Shown: positions 48,741 through 58,744, counted from the first letter of the stretch. The stretch: DNA of 64,000 nt from Natranaerovirga hydrolytica (GCF_004339095.1 NZ_SMGQ01000013.1:136352-200351), one strand, 5' to 3'. Translations and numbers: made by a program. Notes: generated by a model from the letters alone, not told the origin.

Positions 48741-48797
48741 TGAAAGTTAAATTTCCAAATCCTTGCCAGCAAGTTTGCAGATTTAACTTTCATATTA
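48741..48797 (-). repeat. hairpin family A copy 2 (inverted orientation)
   Basis: Stem GAAAGTTAAAT/ATTTAACTTTC. The loop is the reverse complement of the conserved motif. 22 nt upstream of the LacI start. Confidence 0.65.
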
Positions 48798-48812
48798 ATA
48801 TAGGAGGGTCGT

Positions 48813-49802
48813 ATGACTATATATGATATTGCTAAAGAAGCAGGTGTATCTGCGAGTACAGTTTCTAGAGTGATCAATAATAAGCCAGGTATTAAAGAAG
48901 AAACAAGGGAAAAAGTTAAAGAATTACTAGAAAAATATAACTATGTACCCAATGTAGCTGCAAGAGGATTGGTTATGCAGAAATCTAAAACCATTGGTAT
49001 TCTAGTTGCTGACGTAAGAGTAGCACACCATATAGAAGGGGCATATATCATTGAAAAAGAATTAGCTGCAATAGGATATTATAGCATTATTCTTAATACA
49101 GGTCATAAAAATGAGGAAAAAGAAAAATATATTAAAGCGTTAGAACAAAGAAGAGTAGATGGTATTATACTTATTGGTTCGACTTTCCAATGTGACTATA
49201 TTAAAGAAGTCATTCGTAAATCCTTTAGAGAAATTCCAGTGATTATAGCCAATGGCTATATTGATTTACCCAATGTTTATGGCATTATAATTGATGAGTT
49301 GAATGGAATCAAGGATTGTGTTAATCTTCTACACTCAAAAGGGCATACTAAATTAGCATTTGTATTAGATCATCATACACCTAGTAATTATTCAAAAAAA
49401 ATAGGTTTTATGGAGGCCATGATACAAGAAGGATGGCAAGAAGACCAATTATGGTTATATGAAACAACAAGCTCAGTAGAAGGTGGATATCATATTACAA
49501 AAGAAATTGTTAAAGAGCATCCTGATATTGAGGGGATTGTTTTTAGTGTAGACATTACAGCAGTAGGTGCCATAAGAGCTTTAATGGATTTGAAAATTTC
49601 TGTACCAGAGCAGGTAAGCATTACAGGCGTTGATAATACTATTTTTGGAGAAATTTCATATCCTAAACTGACCTCATTAGATAATAAACTGAAGGATTTA
49701 AGCCGGTTTTGTGCCAAAGTATTGATAGATGTTTTAGAAGGGAAAGATACACCTAAAAAGATGATGTTATTTACATCTATAGTAGAAAGAGAAAGTACTT
49801 AA
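48813..49802 (+). CDS. LacI-family transcriptional regulator
   Basis: HTH MTIYDIAKEAGVSASTVSRVINNK and a periplasmic-binding-like domain. Confidence 0.8.
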   Translation: MTIYDIAKEAGVSASTVSRVINNKPGIKEETREKVKELLEKYNYVPNVAARGLVMQKSKTIGILVADVRVAHHIEGAYIIEKELAAIGYYSIILNTGHKNEEKEKYIKALEQRRVDGIILIGSTFQCDYIKEVIRKSFREIPVIIANGYIDLPNVYGIIIDELNGIKDCVNLLHSKGHTKLAFVLDHHTPSNYSKKIGFMEAMIQEGWQEDQLWLYETTSSVEGGYHITKEIVKEHPDIEGIVFSVDITAVGAIRALMDLKISVPEQVSITGVDNTIFGEISYPKLTSLDNKLKDLSRFCAKVLIDVLEGKDTPKKMMLFTSIVEREST

Positions 49803-49832
49803 AATAACCCATAGAGGTTATTTTTTTTTGAA
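49803..49832 (+). terminator. rho-independent terminator
   Basis: AATAACC/GGTTATT stem followed by T9. Confidence 0.55.
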
Positions 49833-49912
49833 AACAATTAAGAATTGAAAAAAACATATTAACATGATATCATAAAATGGCAATCGATTGCAAAAGAATA
49901 GAGGTGAGCAAT

Positions 49913-50902
49913 ATGACGATATATGACATTGCAAAAGTAGCTGGTGTTTCAGCCAGTACAGTTTCAAGAGTCATTAATAACAAAGAAAATATAAAAAAAG
50001 AAACAAGAGATAAAGTGAAACAAATACTTAGAGAGTACAATTATATTCCCAATGATCAAGCTAGAGGCTTGGTTACTCGTTCTACAAAATTAATTGGTAT
50101 TTTGGTAGTGGATATTCGTAACGCCCATCATACAGATATAGCATTTGTTGTAGAAAAATTTTTGAGGAAAAAAGGGTACTGCTCCATCATTCTCAATGCA
50201 GGAGAAGATGAAAGTGAAATGTGTGAAGCCATAAGAATAATAGAGCAAAGAAGAGTGGATGGTGTGTTATTAATCGGTTCAATGTTTCAAAATAAAAGAG
50301 TTAAGACAGAAATTATTCAAAATCTATCTCACATACCGATTGTTATGGCCAATGGTTATATTGATCGTTCAAATGTCTATGGGGTTTTAGTAGATGAATA
50401 TGAGGGGGTTAAAAAATGTGTGGATTTATTGTTTTCAAAAGGCAAAAACAATATTGCTTTCATTGCTAAAAGTACTACGCCTAGTAGTCAAGAAAAGATT
50501 AAAGGTTATATAGAAGGATTAAAAAAGCATAATTATTTAGAAAAAGACATAATCATTATAGAAACAAATAACACCTTAAAAGGTGGTTATAAAGCAACCC
50601 AAGAATTATTAATGGAAAAGAAACATATTGATGCCATTATATACTCAGAAGATATTATTGCAGTAGGGGGAATACAAGCAGTAAAGGATTTGGGATTATG
50701 TATTCCTAAAAAGGTTGCAATTATAGGAGTTGATAACACAATCTATGGTCAAATCATAAGTCCCAGTTTAACTTCTTTAGATAATAAAATGACAGATATG
50801 GCATTACAAGCTTCCAATATTCTTATTGATGACTTAGAAGGTATGAATCATCCAGAAAAAATCATGTTATTTTCAGAAATTGTGGAAAGAGAAACTACTT
50901 GA
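49913..50902 (+). CDS. LacI-family transcriptional regulator (paralogue of the upstream one)
   Basis: The first 25 residues are near-identical to the upstream LacI. Confidence 0.8.
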   Translation: MTIYDIAKVAGVSASTVSRVINNKENIKKETRDKVKQILREYNYIPNDQARGLVTRSTKLIGILVVDIRNAHHTDIAFVVEKFLRKKGYCSIILNAGEDESEMCEAIRIIEQRRVDGVLLIGSMFQNKRVKTEIIQNLSHIPIVMANGYIDRSNVYGVLVDEYEGVKKCVDLLFSKGKNNIAFIAKSTTPSSQEKIKGYIEGLKKHNYLEKDIIIIETNNTLKGGYKATQELLMEKKHIDAIIYSEDIIAVGGIQAVKDLGLCIPKKVAIIGVDNTIYGQIISPSLTSLDNKMTDMALQASNILIDDLEGMNHPEKIMLFSEIVERETT

Positions 50903-51106
50903 GAAAAAAGCAATCGATATTATTAATCAAAAAATAATAATATCTATATAGAATAAATAAATACTGTTTATCAATAAAAACTAGTAAATATGCATAAGTT
51001 AAAGAAGGTATATTTGTTAAAATATACAATATTGACAATTGCAATCGATTGCTATAATATGTATTTATCACGTGAAATGAGTTTAATAACGGAATGGAGG
51101 AAATAT

Positions 51107-52111
51107 ATGAGAGTTAGATATGAAGAAATGATAGATGAATTTAAAAAAATCCTTATAAAAAAAGGTTTTTCAGAGTCAGATGCATTGGACGCAGGAACAA
51201 TATTTGCCCAAAACAGCTTAGATGGTGTGTATTCCCATGGGGTTAATAGATTTCCAAGAGTGATCTCTTATATTGAAAAAGGGGGTATTGACCCAAAAGC
51301 AAAGCCAGTGTGTGAAGGAAAAATAGGCGCTTTTGAAAAATGGAATGGTAACTTGGGATTAGGTAATCTTAATGCAAAAAAAGCTATGGATAGAGCGTGT
51401 GAATTGTCTAATGAATTTGGAATTGGTATTGTAGCAATGGCAAACACCAATCATTGGATGAGAGGTGGTCATTATGGTTGGCAAGCAGCAGATAAAGGTT
51501 GCATAGGTATATGTTGGACCAATACCATGCCTAATATGCCAGCTTGGGGAAGTAAAGAGAGAAACATAGGAAACAATCCTTTTATTATGTCAATACCTAA
51601 AAGCGATGGCAAACATGTTGTTATCGATTGTGCTGTAGCTCAATTTTCTTACGGTAAAATAGAAGAGTCAAGATTGAAGGGGGTTCAACTCCCTGTTGTA
51701 GGTGGATACGATACAAAAGGGAATGTAACGACAGATCCTAAAGAAATTGAAAAAACATGGCGAGTATTACCAATTGGTTTTTGGAAGGGGAGTGGCATAT
51801 CCATAGCTTTGGACTTAATTGCTTCTGTGCTTTCAGGTGGTAATTCTGTAACCGATATTGGAAGAAAATACAAAGATGAGATTGGTTTATCACAGGTTAT
51901 GATAGCCATTAATCCCAATCATATGTCTACAAAAGAGTCAACGGATTACATTATAAACAATGTAATTGAAGATATAAAATCTTCTGAGCCAGCAACTGAG
52001 GGAGGTGAAATATATTATCCTGGAGAGTTAGAAGTCAAAACTAGAAATGAGAATCTTGCAAATGGTATTCCTGTGCTAAATGAAATATGGGAAACAATTT
52101 TAAAATTATAA
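51107..52111 (+). CDS. Ldh_2-family (malate/L-lactate dehydrogenase-like) oxidoreductase, YiaK-like
   Basis: SHGVNRFPR motif. Confidence 0.65.
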   Translation: MRVRYEEMIDEFKKILIKKGFSESDALDAGTIFAQNSLDGVYSHGVNRFPRVISYIEKGGIDPKAKPVCEGKIGAFEKWNGNLGLGNLNAKKAMDRACELSNEFGIGIVAMANTNHWMRGGHYGWQAADKGCIGICWTNTMPNMPAWGSKERNIGNNPFIMSIPKSDGKHVVIDCAVAQFSYGKIEESRLKGVQLPVVGGYDTKGNVTTDPKEIEKTWRVLPIGFWKGSGISIALDLIASVLSGGNSVTDIGRKYKDEIGLSQVMIAINPNHMSTKESTDYIINNVIEDIKSSEPATEGGEIYYPGELEVKTRNENLANGIPVLNEIWETILKL

Positions 52112-52126
52112 TAAAGGAGAGATAGT

Positions 52127-53179
52127 ATGAAAAAAACAATATCAATACTAGTTATTTCAATGTTAGTGATGTCATTAATAGGGTGTACAAGTGAACCCAG
52201 TCAACAATCAAGTGGTGAAAACGCAGTAACAACAACTAATGAAGTGGAATTAGAATTAATTGTAGCACATAATCAAACGTCTCAAGAAAATCCATATGCA
52301 CATGGTATGAACAAATTCAAAGAAGAAATTGAGAAGATTTCTGATGGGAAAGTTAATGTAACAGTGCATCATGGTACATTAGGTCAGAGTGAATCAGAGC
52401 TTATAGAAAACATGCAAATGGGTTCGATATCAATGGTTGTTGCTTCGCCAGGGTTTATGACGGCGATTGGTGTTCCAGAAATAGATATTTTTTCACTGCT
52501 ATACTTATTTGATAGCTTTGATCATTGGGAAAAAGCTGTTGATGGGGATTTTGGAGATACTATGAAAGAAACGGTAAAAGAACAAACAAATAATTCATTT
52601 AAGATTATGGATTATTGGACAGCATCGGTTAGAGATTATTATGGTAAAGAAGCGATTCAATCGCCAGATGATATAGCAGGAATGACAATACGTACGCAAA
52701 CGTCAGGTGTTGTAAGGGAGTTTTGGGAAGAAGCCGGAGCAATTCCAACAAGTGTAGCTTGGGGGGAGTTGTACCAAGCATTATCACAAGGTGTGGTTGA
52801 CTCAGCAGAAAACGATTACACCAATTTTATGCTACAAGACCATCATAGAACAGCAAATGGTAAATATGTAAGCGAGACAAACCATGACTACACAACACGT
52901 TTGTTATTAATGGATGGTAATGTATATGACAGCTTAACAGAAGAGCAACAAGGTTGGATAGATGAAGCAGTAAAAGCAGCAACAGAAGTAGAACGTCAAG
53001 TGACATATGATATGTATGCAGAATCAAAGCAAAAGGTAATCGAAGATGGTGGTATCATTACAGAGTATGAAGATATGGATATAGAAGCATTTACAGAGAT
53101 TGCAATACCCATTCAAGATAGATTTGCAGAGCAATACAATATGCAATCAGAGTTGGATATGATTAGATCTGTTAGATAG
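52127..53179 (+). CDS. TRAP transporter substrate-binding lipoprotein (DctP family)
   Basis: Lipobox LIGC. Sits immediately upstream of the DctQ/DctM-like membrane-protein pair. Confidence 0.65.
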   Translation: MKKTISILVISMLVMSLIGCTSEPSQQSSGENAVTTTNEVELELIVAHNQTSQENPYAHGMNKFKEEIEKISDGKVNVTVHHGTLGQSESELIENMQMGSISMVVASPGFMTAIGVPEIDIFSLLYLFDSFDHWEKAVDGDFGDTMKETVKEQTNNSFKIMDYWTASVRDYYGKEAIQSPDDIAGMTIRTQTSGVVREFWEEAGAIPTSVAWGELYQALSQGVVDSAENDYTNFMLQDHHRTANGKYVSETNHDYTTRLLLMDGNVYDSLTEEQQGWIDEAVKAATEVERQVTYDMYAESKQKVIEDGGIITEYEDMDIEAFTEIAIPIQDRFAEQYNMQSELDMIRSVR

Positions 53180-53268
53180 GCAGTATAAGAATTTCTAGCG
53201 TACCGCTACGATAAATGTAGCGGTACGTTATAAGAAGTATCAATCTATTTGATATGGAGGAAGGTAGA

Positions 53269-53754
53269 ATGAAAAAAGTTGTTCATTATGTACAAAAACT
53301 ACAATTAGCTGTAGGTGCTTTGTTTTTAACTGTTTTTTTAATAACAGTTGTCTATCAAATGTTTTCTAGGTATGCAGGTATTTCAGCTACTTGGACAGAA
53401 GAAGTGGCAATGTATTCATTTATATGGTCTGTTTTTATGGGTGCAGGTGCAATGGTATTTGAAAAAAAACATTTTGCATTTACTTCTATTGGTGATATGA
53501 TTAATAATCCTAAATTTAAAGCATTATTATCCATTGTCATTGCAATTATTATGTTAATTTTTTCTATTTTCATGGTTTATTATGGATATAAAGTAACAAA
53601 ACAGTTTTGGAATTACAATTGGGTAACCATGCCACAGTTTAAAAGAGGACCAGTCTGGGTATGTATTCCAATTGCAGGTTTAACCTCAGCAATATACTTA
53701 ATTAATAATATTGTTTTAGACATATTAACTATCGTCAAAGGGGGAGAAGAATAA
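53269..53754 (+). CDS. TRAP transporter small permease (DctQ)
   Basis: About 161 aa with 4 TM helices. Confidence 0.6.
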   Translation: MKKVVHYVQKLQLAVGALFLTVFLITVVYQMFSRYAGISATWTEEVAMYSFIWSVFMGAGAMVFEKKHFAFTSIGDMINNPKFKALLSIVIAIIMLIFSIFMVYYGYKVTKQFWNYNWVTMPQFKRGPVWVCIPIAGLTSAIYLINNIVLDILTIVKGGEE

Positions 53755-55040
53755 TGGGAGTCTTATTAATTCTGATGTTCGTTATTTTTATTGCAATTGG
53801 TGTTCCGATTTCTTTTGCACTAGGAATGATTTCATTTGCAGGGATTGCATCATTACCTGCAACACCAAATGCAGTTATATTTACAAGGATGTTTAATGGA
53901 CTGAATAGTTTTACATTGTTAGCGGTACCATTATTTATACTTGCTGCAAATCTAATGAATGAAGGTTCTATTTCAGACCGTCTTGTAGGTGTATGTAGTT
54001 CATCAGTGGGTCATGTAAGAGGTGGATTAGCTTATGCCAATATATTGGTTTCTATGATTTTTGCTGGAATATCAGGCTCATCTCAAGCAGATACTGCAGG
54101 TGTAGGAAAAATACTGATACCAGCAATGGAAAAACAAGGGTATGATAAAGGAACATCTGTTGGTGTTACAGCTGCTTCGTCAACTTTAGGCTCGATTATT
54201 CCGCCAAGTATTACAATGGTAATATATGCAGGGATCGCTAACGTGAGCACTGGAGCGCTATTTATGACAGGATTAATTCCTGGAGCTATGTTGGGGCTTT
54301 CAATGATTGGTGTTGTATTTGTTTTATCTAAAAAACAAGGTTTTCCTAAGGGTGAAAGAATGCCTTTAAAAGCCATTGTCAAACAAATATTGACCTCGTT
54401 ACCAGCTTTAATTACACCTATTATTCTGATTGGAGGTATTGTAACAGGACGATTCACTCCTACGGAATCAGCAGCATTTGCGTGTATATATGCATTATTG
54501 ATAGGTGTATTCTTTTATAAAACCATTCAAATAAAAAGATTGCCATTTATTATAGTGGAAACTTTGAAATTATCATCACTTTCTTTGTTTGCATTAGCCA
54601 CTGCAAATGCATTAGGTGAATTACTAAGTTATTATCAATTGAATGCAATGGTAAGAGATTTCTTTTTATCAATTGTAGGTGGGCGCTTGGTGTTTTTGTT
54701 AATTGTTGTACTTTTCTTCTTGTTTATAGGTACATTTATGGATGCTGTTCCAGCAATGATTCTGTTTGTACCAATTGTACTGCCTTCAGCAGTAGCTTTA
54801 GGAATCAGTCCAGTAATATTAGGGTTAATTATTATTATGACATTATCATTAGGTTTGGTTACGCCTCCTTACGGATTATGTCTGCTAATAGCAGGATCAA
54901 TCAGTGGCGTGAAAGTTGAAACAGCTTTTAAAGGTGTGTTACCCTATTTTCTTGTATCTCTTGGTGTATTAAGTGTTGTCGTTGTTTTTCAAGATGTGTT
55001 TTTAAGTATTCCAACAGCGATGTTTCCAAATTTATTTTAA
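53754..55040 (+). CDS. TRAP transporter large permease (DctM)
   Basis: 428 aa with 12 TM helices. ATGG overlap with the upstream gene. Confidence 0.75.
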   Translation: MGVLLILMFVIFIAIGVPISFALGMISFAGIASLPATPNAVIFTRMFNGLNSFTLLAVPLFILAANLMNEGSISDRLVGVCSSSVGHVRGGLAYANILVSMIFAGISGSSQADTAGVGKILIPAMEKQGYDKGTSVGVTAASSTLGSIIPPSITMVIYAGIANVSTGALFMTGLIPGAMLGLSMIGVVFVLSKKQGFPKGERMPLKAIVKQILTSLPALITPIILIGGIVTGRFTPTESAAFACIYALLIGVFFYKTIQIKRLPFIIVETLKLSSLSLFALATANALGELLSYYQLNAMVRDFFLSIVGGRLVFLLIVVLFFLFIGTFMDAVPAMILFVPIVLPSAVALGISPVILGLIIIMTLSLGLVTPPYGLCLLIAGSISGVKVETAFKGVLPYFLVSLGVLSVVVVFQDVFLSIPTAMFPNLF

Positions 55041-55054
55041 AAAGAGGAGAATAA

Positions 55055-55708
55055 ATGATAAAAGCAGTCATATTTGATATGGATGGATTAATGTTTGGTA
55101 CAGAAAAGCTGGCCTTAGAAGGATGGTTAAAAGCTAGTAGACAATTAAATTATCCAATCACAGAAGAAACAGTTGAAATGATTAGAGGAAAAAACGAAAA
55201 CGACAGTAAAAAAATTTTCAATACGCTCTTTGGAAAAACAGTAAACTATGATAAAGCAAAGACAATTAAAGACAAATATATTTTAGATACAGTAGAAACT
55301 TATGGTGTGCCCATTAAAAAGGGTTTACTGGAATTAATTAAGTACTTAAAAGAAAAGAATATAAAAATGGCAGTGGCTACTTCTACAGCTGAAGAAAAAG
55401 CAAAAAAGTTATTAGAACTGGCCCAAATCAATAATTATTTTGAGTGTTGTACTTTTGGTGACAGGGTAAGAAAGGGAAAACCTAACCCAGAAATATATAT
55501 CAAAACAATGACGCAATTAAAAGTGTTGCCTAATGAGTGTGTGTTATTGGAAGATAGCCCAAATGGCGTAATAGGTGGACATAGTGCAGGTATTAAAGTT
55601 TTTTTAGTTCCAGATTTAAGTGCCCCAACTCAAGAAATAAAAGAGATGGCTTCATATATCTGTAGCGACTTATTAAAAGCTAAAGAAAGTATAGAAAAAC
55701 TAATATAG
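55055..55708 (+). CDS. HAD-IA hydrolase (beta-phosphoglucomutase-like)
   Basis: FDMDGLMF motif I. Confidence 0.65.
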   Translation: MIKAVIFDMDGLMFGTEKLALEGWLKASRQLNYPITEETVEMIRGKNENDSKKIFNTLFGKTVNYDKAKTIKDKYILDTVETYGVPIKKGLLELIKYLKEKNIKMAVATSTAEEKAKKLLELAQINNYFECCTFGDRVRKGKPNPEIYIKTMTQLKVLPNECVLLEDSPNGVIGGHSAGIKVFLVPDLSAPTQEIKEMASYICSDLLKAKESIEKLI

Positions 55709-55718
55709 GAGGTTTTGT

Positions 55719-56183
55719 ATGCTTACATCAAAGCTAACATTAGCCGAAAAGTATGATTATTTATCTGATGATTTTATAGAAGCCTTTGAGTTTCTAAAAA
55801 ATGAAGATTTATCTCAGTTAAAAGAAGGTACATATCCAATTAAAGAGGATAAGATTATTGTTAATGTTGAAGAATATTTGACAATAGAAGCGTCTCAAGT
55901 ATCCTTTGAAACACATAATAAATATTTTGATATTCACTATGTAGTAGAAGGAGAAGAAAAATTTGGGTATGTCAATAGAAGTGAACGAGACATAAAAAAT
56001 GAATATAATGAAATAGAAGATATTACTTTTTATAAAGAACCACAAAAAAGTGGGTATGTGGTATTAAATAAAGGAGATTTTGTTATTGTGTCTCCTGAAG
56101 ATGCTCACAAACCACGTTGTACCGTTGATAAACCGTGTAAGGTGAAAAAAATTGTTATTAAAATACTTGCTTATCCCCTTTAA
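55719..56183 (+). CDS. YhcH/YjgK/YiaL-family (DUF386) protein
   Basis: 154 aa beta-sandwich, similar to YiaL. Confidence 0.55.
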   Translation: MLTSKLTLAEKYDYLSDDFIEAFEFLKNEDLSQLKEGTYPIKEDKIIVNVEEYLTIEASQVSFETHNKYFDIHYVVEGEEKFGYVNRSERDIKNEYNEIEDITFYKEPQKSGYVVLNKGDFVIVSPEDAHKPRCTVDKPCKVKKIVIKILAYPL

Positions 56184-56194
56184 AAATATATATA

Positions 56195-56250
56195 ACAAAA
56201 AATATATTAACAGTTCTTTTTTACAAGAATTTGTTAATATATTTTTGTGT
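56195..56250 (+). terminator. rho-independent terminator
   Basis: ATATATTAACA/TGTTAATATAT stem followed by TTTTGTGTTTTTA. Confidence 0.55.
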
Positions 56251-56752
56251 TTTTATAGAAACTTACTCCATAGTTCTTGGAATAGAACATAATTTATAAG
56301 AGTCTGTTGTTCGATGAATTTGGATACAATACAAAGCATAAATGCAATACTATTGACGCTTAAAGTCAGCATAGTATGTGAATAGTAAAAAAAGAACTTT
56401 AATTATTTTTATAAAACATATATGAGAAGGAGTACACCAGATATTATATTTGTTAAGATTTATTAGATTTAATCCAGTCGGCTTATATATACCTTTAAAT
56501 GAATATCATAAGCAATGAGAAAGTAATTTTTTTGTTAATAAAGAATTGAAGGGATTTAAGCATAAAATATAGTGTATACAAAAAACAAACAAGACTGTAC
56601 GTTATGCACAATATTCAATGCATTTTTTGTATACCCAATCCATTAATAATTAAACGTATCCAAGTTATAATGTAAAAATAACTAGATGATTCAATGTTAT
56701 TTAAAGCATATGCTTTAAATATAGATAAAAACGACAACAAGGAGGAAGGTAT

Positions 56753-58123
56753 ATGAAAAAGTATTTTGTAGTATTTATGATTTTAGCATTAATGGTATCA
56801 GTTGTAGGTTGTGGTTCTGATAACGATAATGGAAATGACCAGCCACAACCAGCAACTCAAGGAGGCTCATCAACAGACAATGATGATGAAATCGAAATAA
56901 GGTTTTCTTGGTGGGGTGGAGACGGACGTCATGAAGCCACATTAGAAGTCATACGATTATTTGAAGAAGCCAATCCAAATGTTAATGTAATTCCTGAGTA
57001 CACTGCTTGGAGTGGACATTTTGAAAGAGTTGCAACTCAATTAACAGCTAATGATGAAGCAGATTTAATGCAAATCAACTTTAACTGGTTCTATAACTTT
57101 TCACCAGATGGAGAAAGATTTGTTGATCTAAATACTTTAGAGGGGCATATTGACTTAAGCAACTGGCCAGATGAAATATTTGACGCAGTAACAATTAATG
57201 GAAAGATTCAAGGGGTGCCAACAAGTGTTGGGTCACGAGTTTATTATATGAATACAACAATTTATGATGACTTAGGCATTGATATTCCAGAAACTTGGGA
57301 TGACTTAATGGCTGCTGGTAATCAAATTAGAGATGAATTAGGTGGAGACTATTATGCATTAGGTAATATTGAATACGATGCAAGTTTATCTCTTATGATG
57401 TTTGGATACTTAGCACAAATGACAGGTAAAGATATTTTTGATGAAAATGATGAGATTTCATATACAGTTGAAGAATTAACAGAAGGATTTAATTTCGTAC
57501 AAGATTTAGTAGATAACCATGTTATTCCTGGATTCCATGACGACTCATCGGAAAAAAATCATGAAAATCCAAATTGGATTCAAGGTAGATATCCAGCAAC
57601 TTATAATTGGCCATCATCATTTAGTAGATACTATGATAACTTAGAACCAGAGTTTCAAGAAAATGTAGTAGCTGTTCCATATTTCAAACTAAATGATAAT
57701 CAACTTCACAGTGGTACATTTAATAAAGTGTTAATGGCTTTTTCAGTAAGTCCTAATTCAGACCATCCAGAAATAGCAGCACAGTTAATTGATTTTATGT
57801 ATACAAATGAAGAAGCCGTTGTAGCTCACGGATTAGAAAGAGACGTACCAGCTAATACAGTAGCTCAAGATATTTTAGCAGCAAATGATTTATTAAAAGG
57901 TGTGGAATTTGAAGGACAACAATTAATTGAACAATATGATGATATGTTTACATTCCATCCTTTCTATGAAGACAGTGTTGTAAGATCTACGTATGAAGAT
58001 TTATTAGACGAATTTGTAATGGCTGAAGGCGGAATGTCTGCTGAAGAAGCAGCACAAAGACTTCTTCAAGAAACAAATGCTGCTATGGCAGAAGCAATAG
58101 CAGATGCACAAGATTTTCAATAA
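56753..58123 (+). CDS. ABC-transporter sugar-binding lipoprotein (family 1 SBP), orphan
   Basis: Lipobox VVGC. 456 aa. No permease or ATPase genes adjacent. Confidence 0.7.
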   Translation: MKKYFVVFMILALMVSVVGCGSDNDNGNDQPQPATQGGSSTDNDDEIEIRFSWWGGDGRHEATLEVIRLFEEANPNVNVIPEYTAWSGHFERVATQLTANDEADLMQINFNWFYNFSPDGERFVDLNTLEGHIDLSNWPDEIFDAVTINGKIQGVPTSVGSRVYYMNTTIYDDLGIDIPETWDDLMAAGNQIRDELGGDYYALGNIEYDASLSLMMFGYLAQMTGKDIFDENDEISYTVEELTEGFNFVQDLVDNHVIPGFHDDSSEKNHENPNWIQGRYPATYNWPSSFSRYYDNLEPEFQENVVAVPYFKLNDNQLHSGTFNKVLMAFSVSPNSDHPEIAAQLIDFMYTNEEAVVAHGLERDVPANTVAQDILAANDLLKGVEFEGQQLIEQYDDMFTFHPFYEDSVVRSTYEDLLDEFVMAEGGMSAEEAAQRLLQETNAAMAEAIADAQDFQ

Positions 58124-58174
58124 TATAAATTAAAAAAATTAATAATTATTTATTAAAACTTCCCTCACTCTATT

Positions 58175-58210
58175 TTTAAAGGCTATCTTAAATTAAGATA
58201 GCCTTTATAT
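58175..58210. terminator. bidirectional terminator
   Basis: AAAGGCTATCTTAA/TTAAGATAGCCTTT, 14-bp stem. Confidence 0.6.
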
Positions 58211-58220
58211 ACGTTTGAAT

Positions 58221-58460
58221 TTATTTTAGATATTTGCTTTTAACTTGAAATTCTTCTTCAGTTAATTCACCCTTTGCAAAACGTTCTTTAAGAATGCTTT
58301 GTGCTTGGTTATTTTCTTTATTACGATCCTTAAATATTAAAAATATAATAATTCCTATAATAATGAGCCAAAATACTCCCATTCCAAACATACCTCCTCC
58401 AAATCCAAAGCCACAAGCACTTCTAGCTGAATTGGCACCGTTTGTCCAATTGTACCACAT
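58221..58460 (-). CDS. SHOCT-like small membrane protein
   Basis: N-terminal Gly-rich TM. C-terminal KERFAKGELTEEEF. RBS AAAAGGTGGTG. Confidence 0.4.
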   Translation of the reverse strand: MWYNWTNGANSARSACGFGFGGGMFGMGVFWLIIIGIIIFLIFKDRNKENNQAQSILKERFAKGELTEEEFQVKSKYLK

Positions 58461-58523
58461 TATAAACACCACCTTTTATTTATTAAATATGAACTAATAT
58501 CATTATGTCATAAAGTTGTGAAG

Positions 58524-58582
58524 ATAATATGAAAATGTAATTTGCAAACTTGCTGGCAAGGATTTGGAAATTACATTTTCAG
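58524..58582 (+). repeat. hairpin family A copy 3
   Basis: Stem GAAAATGTAATTT/AAATTACATTTTC (13 bp). Loop GCAAACTTGCTGGCAAGGATTTGG. Confidence 0.65.
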
Positions 58583-58586
58583 CAAA

Positions 58587-58620
58587 CCTTATGCCTCTTA
58601 CGTCAGTAAGAGGCATAAGG
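58587..58620. repeat. hairpin family B copy (perfect 15-bp arms CCTTATGCCTCTTAC-GTCA-GTAAGAGGCATAAGG)
   Basis: Perfect inverted repeat. Confidence 0.6.
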
Positions 58621-58625
58621 TGAGA

Positions 58626-58690
58626 TAATATGAAAGTACTAATTTGCAAACTTGCTGGCAAGGATTTGAAATTAATGCTTTTATTGAAAT
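58626..58690 (+). repeat. hairpin family A copy 4
   Basis: Stem GTACTAATTT/AAATTAATGC (imperfect). Loop GCAAACTTGCTGGCAAGGATTTG. Confidence 0.55.
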
Positions 58691-58744
58691 CTTGTGTCTG
58701 AAGCGTAGCGTAAGGTATTTTCATAAGTTGAGTGATATGAAATA

